Assembly (NCBI RefSeq): GCF_006345805.1
Contig: NC_043018.1
Span: 23,312,001 to 23,376,000, forward strand
Reading direction: 5' to 3'
DNA: 64,000 bases
DNA from: Octopus sinensis
Lineage: Eukaryota
Under the pieces are notes generated by a model. That model did no database searches. It was not told the origin of the DNA and was given only the letters and a program-made list of their open reading frames with translations. Shown here piece after piece: positions 38,565 to 51,179 of this stretch. The translations under genes and the position numbers were made by a program. Position 1 is the first letter of the stretch, and each line of letters starts with the position of its first letter.

Positions 38565-38601
<37 letters not shown>

Positions 38602-38650
38602 GGACACACACACTAAGTATGTATACACATGTATATGAATTTGTATTTGT

Positions 38651-38681
<31 letters not shown>

Positions 38682-38826
38682 GCATATACATATATATATA
38701 TGTGTGTCTATATATAATATATGCCTATATGTATATTTTTATGTATATGTATAAGCATATATGCATAGATACATATTTTATGTTTTGTGGTGTATACACA
38801 TAAATATGACACATATTTGTGTACAT

Positions 38827-38863
<37 letters not shown>

Positions 38864-41800
38864 TATACATGTGTGTGTATATATATAATATATATGTATG
38901 TATGTATATGCACATATTCATAAACATCTGAACAGAAAACATGTATCTGTGTTTACATGCTTTCGTGTGTGTGTGTGTGTGTAACATGTGTATATACATG
39001 TCCATATATGTGCTTGTGTAGATATGTGCACACAGCCACACTTCCAATTATGTGGACATCTTTTGTTTGTGCGCATGTGCTTACACCGGCTGAAACGGCA
39101 AACGGAAGTCTAATTCAAGTAGTAGTCGTAGTAGCAGTAGTAGTTGTAGTAGTAATCGTGGTAGTAGTAACAGCAACAACAACAACAACAACAAAGGTGA
39201 TGATGAGGATGATGATAATGATACTGTTGCTGCTGTTTCTGGTGATGGTGTTAAAAATTGCATCTGCTTTTTATAAAGAAAATGTGTACTGCAAAAAATA
39301 AAATAAAAAAAAACAAAAACAAACAACAAACAAAATACCCCCAATTTAATGGGCTGCTGGGAGAAATTATAATTATGTACTACCACACACACACACATAA
39401 CCATAGGCAAACTACACACACACACACACAACTCTTTTTCCTTGCCTTCCTGCTCTCTGTATTATTATTTCTTCTTTAACCTTGTTTTGTGAAGAAATAT
39501 TTTATAGGTTTATGGTCAGGGGTTAGTGGGGGGAAATAGCATTTAGAAAATAAAAAAAATAAAATAAAATAAAATTTCACTAGATGTTGGTTTTGTCAAA
39601 GTTACTGCTCTTTGTCTGTCTGCCATTGTCATAATCACCATCACCGTCATCATCGTCATTATTCTTATTCTCGTAATTGCCAAGTTAAAAGCAGGGTAGT
39701 GGAGATGATGTGTTGCCGAGGGGTAACAAGTTGTATATCAGTTCCTTCCTATGATCCATTAGCTCAGAAATCTAAATATAGAATGCTGAAATAGTAATAA
39801 ATACCAGTGGTACCTTTGGGGTTTGATTTCATCATCAACTCTTTGGAAAATTTTGAACAAAAACTGATTGCTATTATTTTAGAAACTTATTATTAATATT
39901 ATAGCATGCTGAGCAAAATGCTTAGCAGTATTTTGTCCATTTTGTTCTGAGTTCAAATTCTGCCAAGATCACCTTTACTTTTCATCCTTTTGGGGTCGAT
40001 AAATTAAGTACCAGTCAAATACTGGGGTCGATGTAATCAACTATCCTTCTCTCCAAAATTTCAGTAGAAAACATCATTAAAGCGACGAGCTGGCAGAATC
40101 ATTAGCATGCTGGTCTCCCCCAAATTTCAGGCCTTGTGCCTATAGTAGAAAGGATTATTATTATTATCATCATTGAATGTCAGCATGTCAGACAAAATGC
40201 CTAGTGGTGTTTCTTCTGGCACTTTACGTTTTGAGTTCAAATTCTGCCGAGGTCAACTCTGCCTTTCTTCCTTTTGGGATCGATAAAATAAGTGCCAGTT
40301 GAACACCAAGGTCAGTGTAACCAACTTACCATTCCCCTAATATTGCTGGCCATATGCCAAAATTTGAAACCATTATTTTTATCATAGAATGTTATAATTT
40401 TTTATCTCCAATTATAACTTATCAAAGCCACACACACATTGTGTGTATGTGTGTGTTAGTATATAATTGTCTGTTCCAAATGCATGCTATTTGAGTAAGT
40501 GAAACTGAAATTGTAATGTTCATGCCTCTCCCTAGAGTTTTATTAGTGAGGGGTGTTAGGTGAAGTGTAATCTTAGCTAAAATTTGAAACCACATCAGCT
40601 GTAGTCTGCAGTATGTATCAGCTAGACTAGTACCAGCAGTATTCATTTGTATTAACGATAATGACACATACTTAAGACTACAGATGTTGAGAAGTCCCCA
40701 GTACTTCACTGGTACTATTTTTATCTATTCCCAAACAGACAGCAGACGAAAATAATAATTAATTTTTTTTTTTTTGCAGTCATAATTTTTTTTCAGTTGC
40801 ATGGTACCCTACCTGTCACCATCTTTAGTTGCAAAATCTTGCTGTCCCTTGATGTCTCTGATTGAAATTTGGGTCCAGCTTGTATGAACTAAAGCAAATC
40901 CTAATAATAATAAAAATAATGCCAATGATAACCAGTTTTCCTCACTTCTTAGGTTGAATGGACGTGAGATGAGTTACATTTTGAATTCAAGCTGATAGTT
41001 TAAATGCATTCTTAGCCTGATGCACGTGTGTGTAATATACATGCATGTACCCACGCATATTTGGGGAAATTGCCCACAGTAGACTAGCATCCTATCCTGT
41101 GGAAAATGAAGTTTGCTTCTGATCCACTTAAGCACTAAACAGATCAGAACTAAACACCAACTCAGTCAACACCTGTGCTTTGGAGAAAAGGGTTGGGTTT
41201 CAAACCTTGGTATATGTGTGTGTACATTCACACAAGTAAATATATTTATACACCTGTGTCTATATATATGTATATGTGTGTGTGTGTGTGTGTATTTATG
41301 TATTGTTTACATCATAAGAATTTAGAAGCTTGAAACTTTGAGAGACCCGAAATCCTTTTTACCAATGGAACTCGAAACAATTAAGGCTGGTAAGAACAAA
41401 GATTGGGAAATTCAAAGGATTGCTTTGATACAACGGTAGAATGCTTATCGTTTCCACAGAAGATGTGGGTTCCAGCCCCACAAGCAGCCTTTGACTTTTT
41501 TCTGTCCTCAGGGGTTTTTAGCCCTATATTTGCACATTTACTATTTATAGCTTTATCTACATTGAATTCCACTGTGAAAACTGCATATATGATGCACATG
41601 CCTGTGTGTGCGTAATATGCATATGTTTCTGCCTTTTTGTAGTGATATAAATGCATATTATACTTTATACATGCAGCAGCTACCATTCTTGTTTGTTGCA
41701 TTACTGTAATTCTACCTTGTGCCAGTTACCCACTTACCAATTACAGAGCCCCTCTTCCGTCCGTCTCTAGAATCTCGCCTCCCGACTACTACTTACCCAA

Positions 41801-42230
41801 CCCAAACACGACGCTTCTAATTATTATTACAAATAAATCTATCCTATCCTATCCATTTTTTTTTTTTGTGGTGTGGTTTCTTTCTAAGTCACATAGTTGT
41901 ATTTCTTCCTCTCCTTGTTCTCCCCAGCATCCCTACATGCTCTCTTCCTTGCTCTCTCTAATTCCTGCAACAACAGTATTATTAATAATAATAATATTAA
42001 TAATAACAACAACAACAACCACTAGTGGGACCCGTGAGAATTCTATGGTGTAAGACAGCATATTTCAAAATATATTAAACACAAGCAAGGAATTTCAAAA
42101 AATTCTTTGGAAATTCTGCCAGTTAATCAAATCTGTACTTTCACTAATGGAAATAAACTTAGGTGGTGTTGCTTCTTTTAGTATGTTTGACAGATGTTGA
42201 TGTGCTTTCATAGATTAAGGAAATAAAGAC
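36400..42230 (+). other. SMG7: putative long SMG7 3' UTR (end not determined)
   Basis: Region after the stop is rich in simple repeats and homopolymers, with comparatively few interspersed elements until about 39.9 kb and several AATAAA hexamers. The extent is inferred only. Confidence 0.3.
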
Positions 42231-42237
42231 TTATTTG

Positions 42238-42269
<32 letters not shown>

Positions 42270-42427
42270 ATATAAAATAAATATAAGAGAGTGGTCACTA
42301 TATGGCTCACTCTAGCACCAGTTAATCCAAAAGGTTTCGACCACAAAAATACATGTTTCCCATGAAAGTCAGTACGATTGCTAGCTCACACGGACAAGGC
42401 AAATAAAAAATAACAAAAATACAGATT

Positions 42428-42510
42428 ATTTTGGGACAATTGTTTCGCTATTAATGAATTAAATGTAATATTACTTACAAAAAAATCCACTTGTAGCTGT
42501 CAGCCAAAAC
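42428..42510 (-). ncRNA. type I hammerhead ribozyme copy lacking G8 (mutation or sequencing error)
   Basis: Same as 42961-43044 except that the core reads CUGAC-A. Confidence 0.6.
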
Positions 42511-42960
42511 TATCTGGATGAAATCCACTCAATCACACGCCAGATTTTACCATAACGATAAATACGCGCTGTGGTTCAATTGATTACATCCGACGTTATA
42601 ATTCAAATGCCCCAACTAACAGCGCGCCAAACTTTCACGGAAAACAAATACAGCATTTAGAAATAAATGCAGCATAATTATAATAATTAATAAGGGTGAG
42701 AGATTAGATACTATTTAATAGTATATCTATTCAACACCAAGTGGCCTAGTGCTCCGAGAAACCTGGATTATTATAATATTTTATAATATATTATAATATT
42801 TTTACAAAATAAATATAAGAGAGTGGTCACTATATGGCTCACTCTAGCACCAGTTAATCCAAAAGGTTTCGACCACAAAAATACATGTTTCCCATGAAAG
42901 TCAGTACGATTGCTAGCTCACACGGACAGGGACAAATAAAAAATAACAAAAATACAGATT

Positions 42961-43044
42961 ATTTTGGGACAATTGTTTCGCTATTAATGAATTAAATGTA
43001 ATTTTACTTACAAAAAAATCCACTTGTAGCTCGTCAGCCAAAAC
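42961..43044 (-). ncRNA. type I hammerhead ribozyme, canonical core
   Basis: Minus strand: GUUUUGG-CUGACGA-GCUA[43 nt]UAGC-GAAA-CAAUUG-UC|CCAAAAU. Stem I 6-7 bp, stem II 4 bp, palindromic stem III, GUC cleavage site between 42968 and 42967. Confidence 0.8.
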
Positions 43045-44535
43045 TATCTGGATGAAATCCACTCAATCACACGCCAGATTTTACCATAACGATAATACGC
43101 GTGTGGTTCAATTGATTACATCCGACGTTATAATTCAAATGCCCCAACTAACAGCGCGCCAAACTTTCACGGAAAACAAATACAGCATTTAGAGAAATAA
43201 ATGCCAGCATATTATAATTAATTAATAAGGGTGAGAGAATTAGATACTAATTTAATAGTATATCTATTCAACACCAAGTGGCCTAGTGCTCCGAGAAACC
43301 TGATTATTATAATATTTAATATATTATAATTTTTTACAAAAATATAAGAGAGTGGTCCACTATATGGCTCACTCTAGCACCAGTTAATCCAAAAGGTTTC
43401 GACCACAAAAATACATATATATATTATTAAATTAGAGACAATCAAACAATGAAAGACTTAAGCCAATACATAAATTAATTTATATTATTTAGATATAAAA
43501 AATATAATTAATATCCACTACGATCGTTTCCTGTCTGTCATCAAAAATTGATGACAGAAGACAGGAAACGATCGTAGTGGATATTAATTATATTTTTTAA
43601 TAATTGTTACATATCTAAATAGTATAAATTAATTTATGTATTGGCTTAAGTCTTTCATTGTTTGATTTGCCTAATAGTGGTTTTGTCTCTAATTTAATAT
43701 AATATAATATTTTACTATAAAATTGGATTCAATCCTAAATCTGATTTTTCCCTGTAAGTTTGGATTTATTCCCTAATATTTATTATTAATATATATATAT
43801 ATATAAACTATTTTCGTGGTCCAGATATCTCAAAGGCTCAGCCCAAGTTATTTTACCAATTGAGATTATTTCATTTCAGTTCAGTTCAGGGATCTATCTA
43901 TTTGCATAACTATTGATATACCTGTAGATTCACCTGCCTTCCTACCCAAATCTATCTAAGTTACTATGATATCTTCTTTCTCTTCTGCTGATGTGTGTAT
44001 CTGTTTATTTTCATAATACCGATAAGCATTTAAACTTTATTATAAAAAAAAAAAATGAATTATGGCATTGCTCCATCATGGCCACAGGTTTTTGTCTGGA
44101 ACACATAAAAGATAAAAAATGTAACATCTACAGCTATTAGTCAACCAAGGTTATTTCACCTTCACTTAACTCTGTATCATATCTTTTAAAGTGTAAATTT
44201 ATAGATCTTCATGACGTTTTAAACATTTTGATTGTGCCTGTGATTTTAACATACAAATGCAGAATAATGTAGACTTCCCCTCCCTGTCATTCTCTCCAAT
44301 AATATAGACCTTCTCCCTCCCTCCTCTCTCTCTTTCATGTTTTCCATTTCTATTTTTCCACTGATTTAACTATCCCTGTTTCTGTTCTTTCTTTGTCTCC
44401 CTTTCTCCCCTTCTCTCTATGTATATATTTCCCCATTCGAGTTACAACCTCCTTTGATGCAAGCATAACATAAAGAAGAGAAAACGAAGCAGTTAGTCAT
44501 TTTCATGCAGGAGAAGAATAGCTACATGCAAAGCA

Positions 44536-44604
44536 CTACATGTACTGCACATCCTACATGTACTGCACATCCTACATGTACTGCACATCCTACATGTACT
44601 GCAC
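44536..44604. repeat. 18-bp tandem repeat (4 units)
   Basis: ctacatgtactgcacatc repeated. Confidence 0.9.
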
Positions 44605-46001
44605 GTTTACTTTTGATTATTTCTCTTCATGAAAACCAGTCCTTTTCAGGTTTTATTTTGTTACCTTTGGTTGAGCAGATGCTAACCGATTGCACTAAAG
44701 CGTATGCATTGAGGAAATTTTAAAGAATAAAAATACATAAAGAAACCACTTTTTACTGTCCAACTTCCAAGAAAGCTCAATTCAAGTTATTTCATCAATT
44801 GAGGTTATTTTCATTTCATTTCAGTTTAGTGATTTAGCTATTTGTATAACTATTAATGTATATAACCCTCTATTTGCATAAGTATTTAGACTCACCTACC
44901 TACATATCTATCTGCCTGTTTATCTAAGTAATTATCATATCTACACGTAAAAAGCACCTTCCGATCGTGGCCATTTGCCAGTTTCGCCTGGCCCCCCCGT
45001 GCCGGTGGCACATAAAAAGCACCATCTGATTGTGCCCGTTGCCAGCCTTGCCTGGCCCCCGTGCCGGTGGCACGTAAAAAGCACCATCCAACCGTGGCCG
45101 TCTGGCACTTGTGCCGGTGGCACGTAAAAACACCCACTACACTCATGGAGTGGTTGGCATTAGGAAGGGCATCCAGCCGTAGAAACATTGCCAGATCAGA
45201 CTGGGCCTGGTGCAGCCTTCTGGCTTCCCAGACCCCAGTTGAACCGTCCAACCCATGCTAGCATGGAAAGCGGACGCTAAACGATGATGACTTTCCCTTC
45301 TGTAAATGTATCTGTTTAATTTCACAATACCAATAAGCATTTAAACATAATAATGGAAAAAAAAAAAAAAATTAAAAATATGAATTATGGCAGTGCCTCA
45401 GCATGGCCACACTGTTTTGCCTGGAACACATAAAAGGTACAAGTGTAACATCTACAGCTATTTGTCAACCAAGGTTATTCCACTTTAATCTAACTCTCTA
45501 TCGATATAACTTTTAAAGTTTAAATTTATATTGGCCAGCCTCATCTGGCACGTAAAAAGCACTCACTACACTCACGGAGTGGTTGGCGTTAGGAAGGGCA
45601 TCCAGCCGTAGAAACATTGCCAGATCAAGACTGGAGCCTGGTGCAGCCATCTGGTTCACCAGCCCTCAGTCAAAATCGTCCAACCCATGCTAGCATGGAA
45701 AGCGGACGCTAAACAATGATGATGATATCTTCATAACATTGTTTCATTATGTTAAACATTTTGATTGTGCCTGCGATTCTAACACACAAATACAGAATGA
45801 TAAAGACCTTCTCCCTCCTCCTCCTCCTCACTCTCTCTAATAATATAGACTTCCTCTCTCTCTCTCTCTCTCTCTCTCTTCAGTAATATAAATCCTTTTT
45901 CTCTCTTTCATGTCTTCCCTTTCTATTTTTTCACTGATTCAACTATCCCCATTCTGCATCTTTCTTTGTCTCCTGTTCTCCCCTTCCTCTCTCTCTCTCT
46001 T

Positions 46002-46091
<90 letters not shown>

Positions 46092-46093
46092 AT

Positions 46094-46385
46094 GTGGAGG
46101 CGCAATGGCCCAGTGGTTAGGGCAGCGGACTCGCGGTTTCGATTCCCAGACCGGGCGTTGTGAGTGTTTATTGAGCAAAAACACCTAAAAGCCCCACAAG
46201 GCTCTGGCATGGGGTGGTGGCGATCCCTGCTGTATTCTTTCGCCACAACTTTCTCCCACTCTTTCTTCTGTTGGCCTGCTTGCTTAGCCAGCGGGGTGGC
46301 GTCATTTGAAGGCTAAAACAATGCAAAGCGCATTGTGACCAGCGATGTGTAGCACCATCTGATAGCCTGGTCGGTGATGTGATAT
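46094..46385 (+). mobile_element. tRNA-derived SINE family D
   Basis: A-box TGGCCCAGTGG and B-box GGTTTCGATTCC. Related copies at 19770-20066(-), 26087-26395 and 33858-34335. Confidence 0.8.
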
Positions 46386-47042
46386 ATATATATATATTTC
46401 TACATTTGAGTTACAACCTCCCTTGATGATGTAAGCATGACATACAAATGAAATAGGCAGGAACAAGTGGAATAGTATAGTAATAATACTCCTTTCTACT
46501 GGGGGGGGGGCGATTACATTGATCCTAGTGCTTGACTGGTACTTACCTTATCAGTCCCAAAATAACAAAAGGCAAAGTTGACCGTAGCAGGATTTGATCT
46601 CAGAATGTAGAAAACCAGAATTGTTGCTCAGCATTTTGTTTTGATGTACTAACAATTCTGCTGCTCACTGCCTTAGTTGTGGTAGTAATATTTATTCCCG
46701 CTTAAAAGTGGATGTGGTGTTAGAACACAGAATACTGCAATAGTTACCACAAGAGAACCTTTCATGTGGACTTGTGGTGCATATAAGCACTCTTGTTTAT
46801 ATCGCTAGCAGGAGACAATCACTGGCATCGCCGCCACAAGGACTACCAGATGACAGGATTTCAGCCTTCTTTGGCCTTGTCAATGGTAGACACCCGACCA
46901 CTGGAAATAGTAGTGACCGCTCCACTAGCAATAGTCATAGAACCACAGTGCCTAATTGCTGTATTTTGCGTTCTTTCACAACATCCATTTTTTCAGGTCT
47001 TGTGTTTTTAGTAGAAAAGATTATCACCCCCCCCCCTTCTAG

Positions 47043-50000
47043 AAGAGCGAGCTAGCAGAATCGTTAACATGTCGGACACAATACATAGCAACAGATCTTC
47101 CAGCCCTTTACATTCTGAGTTCAAATCCTGCTGAAGTGAACTTTGTCTTTCATCCTTTGGGGGTGGGGTTTCATAAAATAAGTATCAATTGAACAGTGAG
47201 AGCTCCCTTCCACAAAATATCAGGCCTTCTGCTAGAAAGAATTATTATTTAGGCGGTAAACCAGCAAAATGCTTAAGCGAGCATTTCGTCCATCTTTACA
47301 TTCTGAGTTCAAATTTTGCTGAGGTCAACTTTGCCTTTCATCTTTGCAGGGTTGATAAAATAAAAGTACCTGTTGAACCCCGAGGTTGACATCAGCTTAT
47401 TCCCTTCCCAGAATTACTGGCCTTGTGCCAAAATTTGAAATCGTTGGCTCAGCAGAACAAAATGCTTAGAGGTATTTCTTCTAGCTCTTAATGTTCTGAG
47501 TTCAAATTCTGCCAGGGTTGACCTTTCCTTTTATCCTTTGGGAGCATGGTGGTGGTTCAATAAAATAAAGGACCTGTTGAACACTAGGGGGACCTGATGT
47601 AATTACCCCCACCCTCAATATTTCAATCCTTGCACCCATAGAAAGAATTAATATTACTATCGTAAAGAAGGAAGCAAATTGTTAGAAATCACCAGACTAA
47701 ATGCCTTACAAGCATAAAGTGTTACTTCTTTCCTGGGTTCAAATCACGCCAAAGTCAATATATTCTTTACTTATGGGCAATAAAGTAAATACCTGTAATA
47801 TACTGGTCAACTCAACACCCTTATCCCACTATAAATTCTTTGGGGATATGAACTCAGAAAATGGTTCTTCTTATATCAGCTTGTCAAACTGAAGTACCAG
47901 TAATGTGCTCAGGATTAGACAATGTGATATACAGTTCTGCCTTTCAAAGCAGTTTTGTACCTAAGTCTTTTAGCCTTAATCCAATGCTTAATTTCACTGA
48001 CCTATGACCAAAGGCATTAACCCTTTAGCATTTAAACCGGCCATATCCGGCCAAAAGTATTCTGCCTGTTTTATATTCAAACTGGCCAGATCTGGTCTCT
48101 CACACCAGCCCTACAATATCGTCTTAAAAATTAACAGCTACCTCATCAAAATCTCATAGCTACAAGATAAAGCATGATTAGTTCAAAACAATGTGGATTA
48201 AAAAGGATTAATTTAGGCAGAATAATGCAAACACTAAAAGGTTAAAGCTGTAATCATCCAGTTTGAGGACATCTTTGTGGTTGTTTGACCAGCTAGAAAT
48301 AGCAACGAAATTCCCCCTCCTCTTTTTCCTTCCCCCATGTCTTAGAGTTTTAGTTGAGTAAGAATAAAATATGGCAAGAATATTCACCCCAGCAAAGGTG
48401 GTGGCCATGCTGGATTACAATTGAGTCTCAGATTATTTTCCTCGTAAAATTAGTCTGCTTGCATTTATGTAATAATTAAGAAACATTGCTATTATCATTT
48501 ATATTTGGACTTAGTGGAGATTGCATGAGTGTTGGGGAAAATGCCCTGCAACAATCATACCAGCTCTTTACTTTGAAATTCAAATTTCTTTCATCCTTTT
48601 AGGGTCCATAAAATAAGTACCAGTTGAGCACTGGGTTGATGAAATCAACTGTTGCCCCTTCTCCCCAGATTGTTGGCCTTGTGCCAAAATTTGAAACCAT
48701 TATTATCAAGGTGGCAAGCAGACAAAATACTTAATGCTGTTTCATGTCTCTATTCTGACTTGAAATGTTGTTACGGTTGACTCTACCTTTCATCCCTTTC
48801 GGGGTCAATAAATTAAGTACCAGTTGAACATGTAATCAACTAGCCCCCTCCCACCAATTTTCAGGCTTTGTGTCTATAGTAGAAAGATTATTATTATTAT
48901 TATTATTATTAATTGGTAGAATTGTTTGTGTTGGATGAAATTCTTTCCAGAATTTGCTCCAACTTGTGTTCTGAGTTCAATTCTTGCTGAGGCCAGCTTT
49001 ACCTTTCTTCTCGTTAGGATCAATTAAACGAAGTACTATAGTTAATTTAATTGATTATTCATCTCCAACCAAATTTCTGGCCTTGTGCCTATGTAAGTTA
49101 TTATTATTATTATTATTATTAAAGTGGTGAGCTGGCAGAATCATTAGCACGCTGGATGGAATACTTATGGGTATCTCACATGGCCGCTACATTCTGAGTT
49201 CAAATTTCACTGAGGTCAACTTTGCCTTTCATTCTTTTGGGGTTGATTAAATAAGTACCAGTTATGCACTGGGGTCAATGTAATCAACTTAATCCCCTCC
49301 CCCAAGTTGCCCTTGTGGCAAAAATTTGAAATAATAATAATTATTATTATTAAGGTACTGAGCTGGCAGAATTATTAGCACACTGGATGAAATGCTTAAT
49401 AGTATTTCATCTGTCTTCATGTTCTGAGTTCAAATTCTGCTGAGGTCAACTTTGCCTTTGATCCTTTTGAGGGTCGATAAATTAAGTACCAGATATGCAC
49501 TGGGGTCAATGTAATCGACTTAATCCGTTTGTCTGTCCTTGTTTGTCCTCTCTGTGTTTAGCCCCTTGTGGGTAGTAAAGAAATAGGTATTTCGTCCGTC
49601 TTTACATTCTGAGTTCAAATTCTGCTGAGGTCAACTTTGCCTTTCATCCTTTTGAGGGTTGATAAATTAAGTACCAGTGAAACACTGGGGTCAATATCAA
49701 ACTAGTCTCTTCCCCTCAAATTTCCGGCCTTGTGCCTTTAGTAGAAAGGATTATTATTATTATTAAGGCAGTGAGCTGGCAGAATTGTTAGCATGCTGGG
49801 TGAAATGCTTAGCAGCAATTCATCCGAGTTCGAATTCCATTAGGGTCGATTTTGCTTTTCATTGCTTAAGGATCAATAAAATAAGTTGAATCGACTAGCC
49901 GCCTCTCCTAAAATTTCAGGCCTTGTGCCTATAGTGGAAAAGATTATTATTATTATTAAGGGCAGCGAGCTGGCACGTTCGTTAGCTTGCTGAGCAGAGT

Positions 50001-50175
50001 ACTTAACCGTATTTTGTGTGTCTTTACATTTTGTTGTTCAAATTTCGTCAGAGTCAACTTTGCTTTTCATCTTCTCACTGTTGATAAAATAAGTACCAGT
50101 TGTGCACTGGGGGCCAATGTAATCAACTTAGCCCTTCCCCTCAAAAACACTGCTGGCCTTTTGTCAAAATTTGAA
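47043..50175 (+). repeat. head-to-tail array of ~200-bp SINE-B-like monomers separated by (ATT)n
   Basis: About 12 same-orientation units of the form (att)n-aaggcagtgagctggcagaa...ggccttgtgcc. Interrupted by a MITE at 48021-48241. Confidence 0.8.
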
Positions 50176-50541
50176 ATTATTAATGACCCCCACCCCACAC
50201 CTCCATTCACCTTCTGTGTAAATTTGTGGATATCTCATTTTATAATTTCTTTACTTGGAAAAGGCATGAATGCCTTGTAATCTGCCTTTTGTAATTATGT
50301 AAGCAACTTACTGTTTAACACCTTATACCTCACTATCCCTGAACCAGCAGACCTATATAATCACAGGCATTCCAGTCATGACCATCCCATTTTATATTCA
50401 TGCATTGTGTATCTAAGTGCTACATTGACTGAGTCCTTGTTTTCTCAAGACAGTAATGTGTGATTTAAGGCAGGTTTGGCTGCTATTTCTTGCGTAGAGG
50501 CTCCCTTGTCGGCTGTATCGATATCGGTTGTGTTGTTTGCA

Positions 50542-50817
50542 TGAGTCACTATAGTAACAGTTTATTAATTTTCTTTTTTTCCTTCATTCATACTCTCTGC
50601 AAAACATGATGATGATGATGATAATTGATAATTTAATCTGGTGGTTCTCCATTACTATAGCAACGAGTTGAAGAAAAACACCGATTGACCACGCCTGTCC
50701 CACCCCCTCCTCCCACCCAATACAGTTGTTTGTGTGTGTGACGTAGTTTGTGTTTGTCTCTCAGTTACTATGGCAACGAGTTGGGACAGACGGAAGAAGC
50801 AGAGTACCCTTGGCAAC
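50542..50817. promoter_or_regulatory. cluster of RFX X-box-like motifs (candidate promoter/enhancer)
   Basis: GTTACTATGGCAAC (50764-50777), ATTACTATAGCAAC (50651-50664), GTCACTATAGTAAC (50545-50558, overlapping TGAGTCA) and GTACCCTTGGCAAC (50804-50817). Confidence 0.5.
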
Positions 50818-51179
50818 TAGAATATAAAAATAAACCACGTGTTTTGTCTGTTTTAGAATTTACAAATAAAAACTTTTATTCAAAATGGTCTCTTGTGAGT
50901 AGCAAACGTTCATCCATTCTCACGCTCTCCTTCTCTCAAAACAGTCCAAACCTGACATAACCAAATACTTATCTACTGTCTCTATCTTGCTTCTTTCTTT
51001 CCTTCTTTCTTCTCATGCACACATTTACATAATATAAACACGTACATATTTCACTCATACACATACACTAGTTTGACTCACATACACACGCACACACTAT
51101 CCGCAACATGTTACCCGCACACTTCACACAATCCTTCTCTTACACATATTTCGGATACAACTTCTCTCTTCCTCTCACT

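Larger units (their letters stand above)
42274..43415 (-). repeat. ~533-bp tandem repeat (2 full units and a partial), each full unit with an HHR fold
   Basis: ataagagagtggtc recurs with its first G at 42287, 42819 and 43348. Confidence 0.9.

Noticed and set aside
46094-46160. tRNA-like sequences (also at 2617, 19990-20066, 33858)
   Set aside because: They are SINE heads: they continue into SINE bodies and lack a complete cloverleaf.
47043-50175. CRISPR-like regular repeats
   Set aside because: The context is eukaryotic, the units are ~200-bp SINE monomers, and there are no unique spacers or cas genes.
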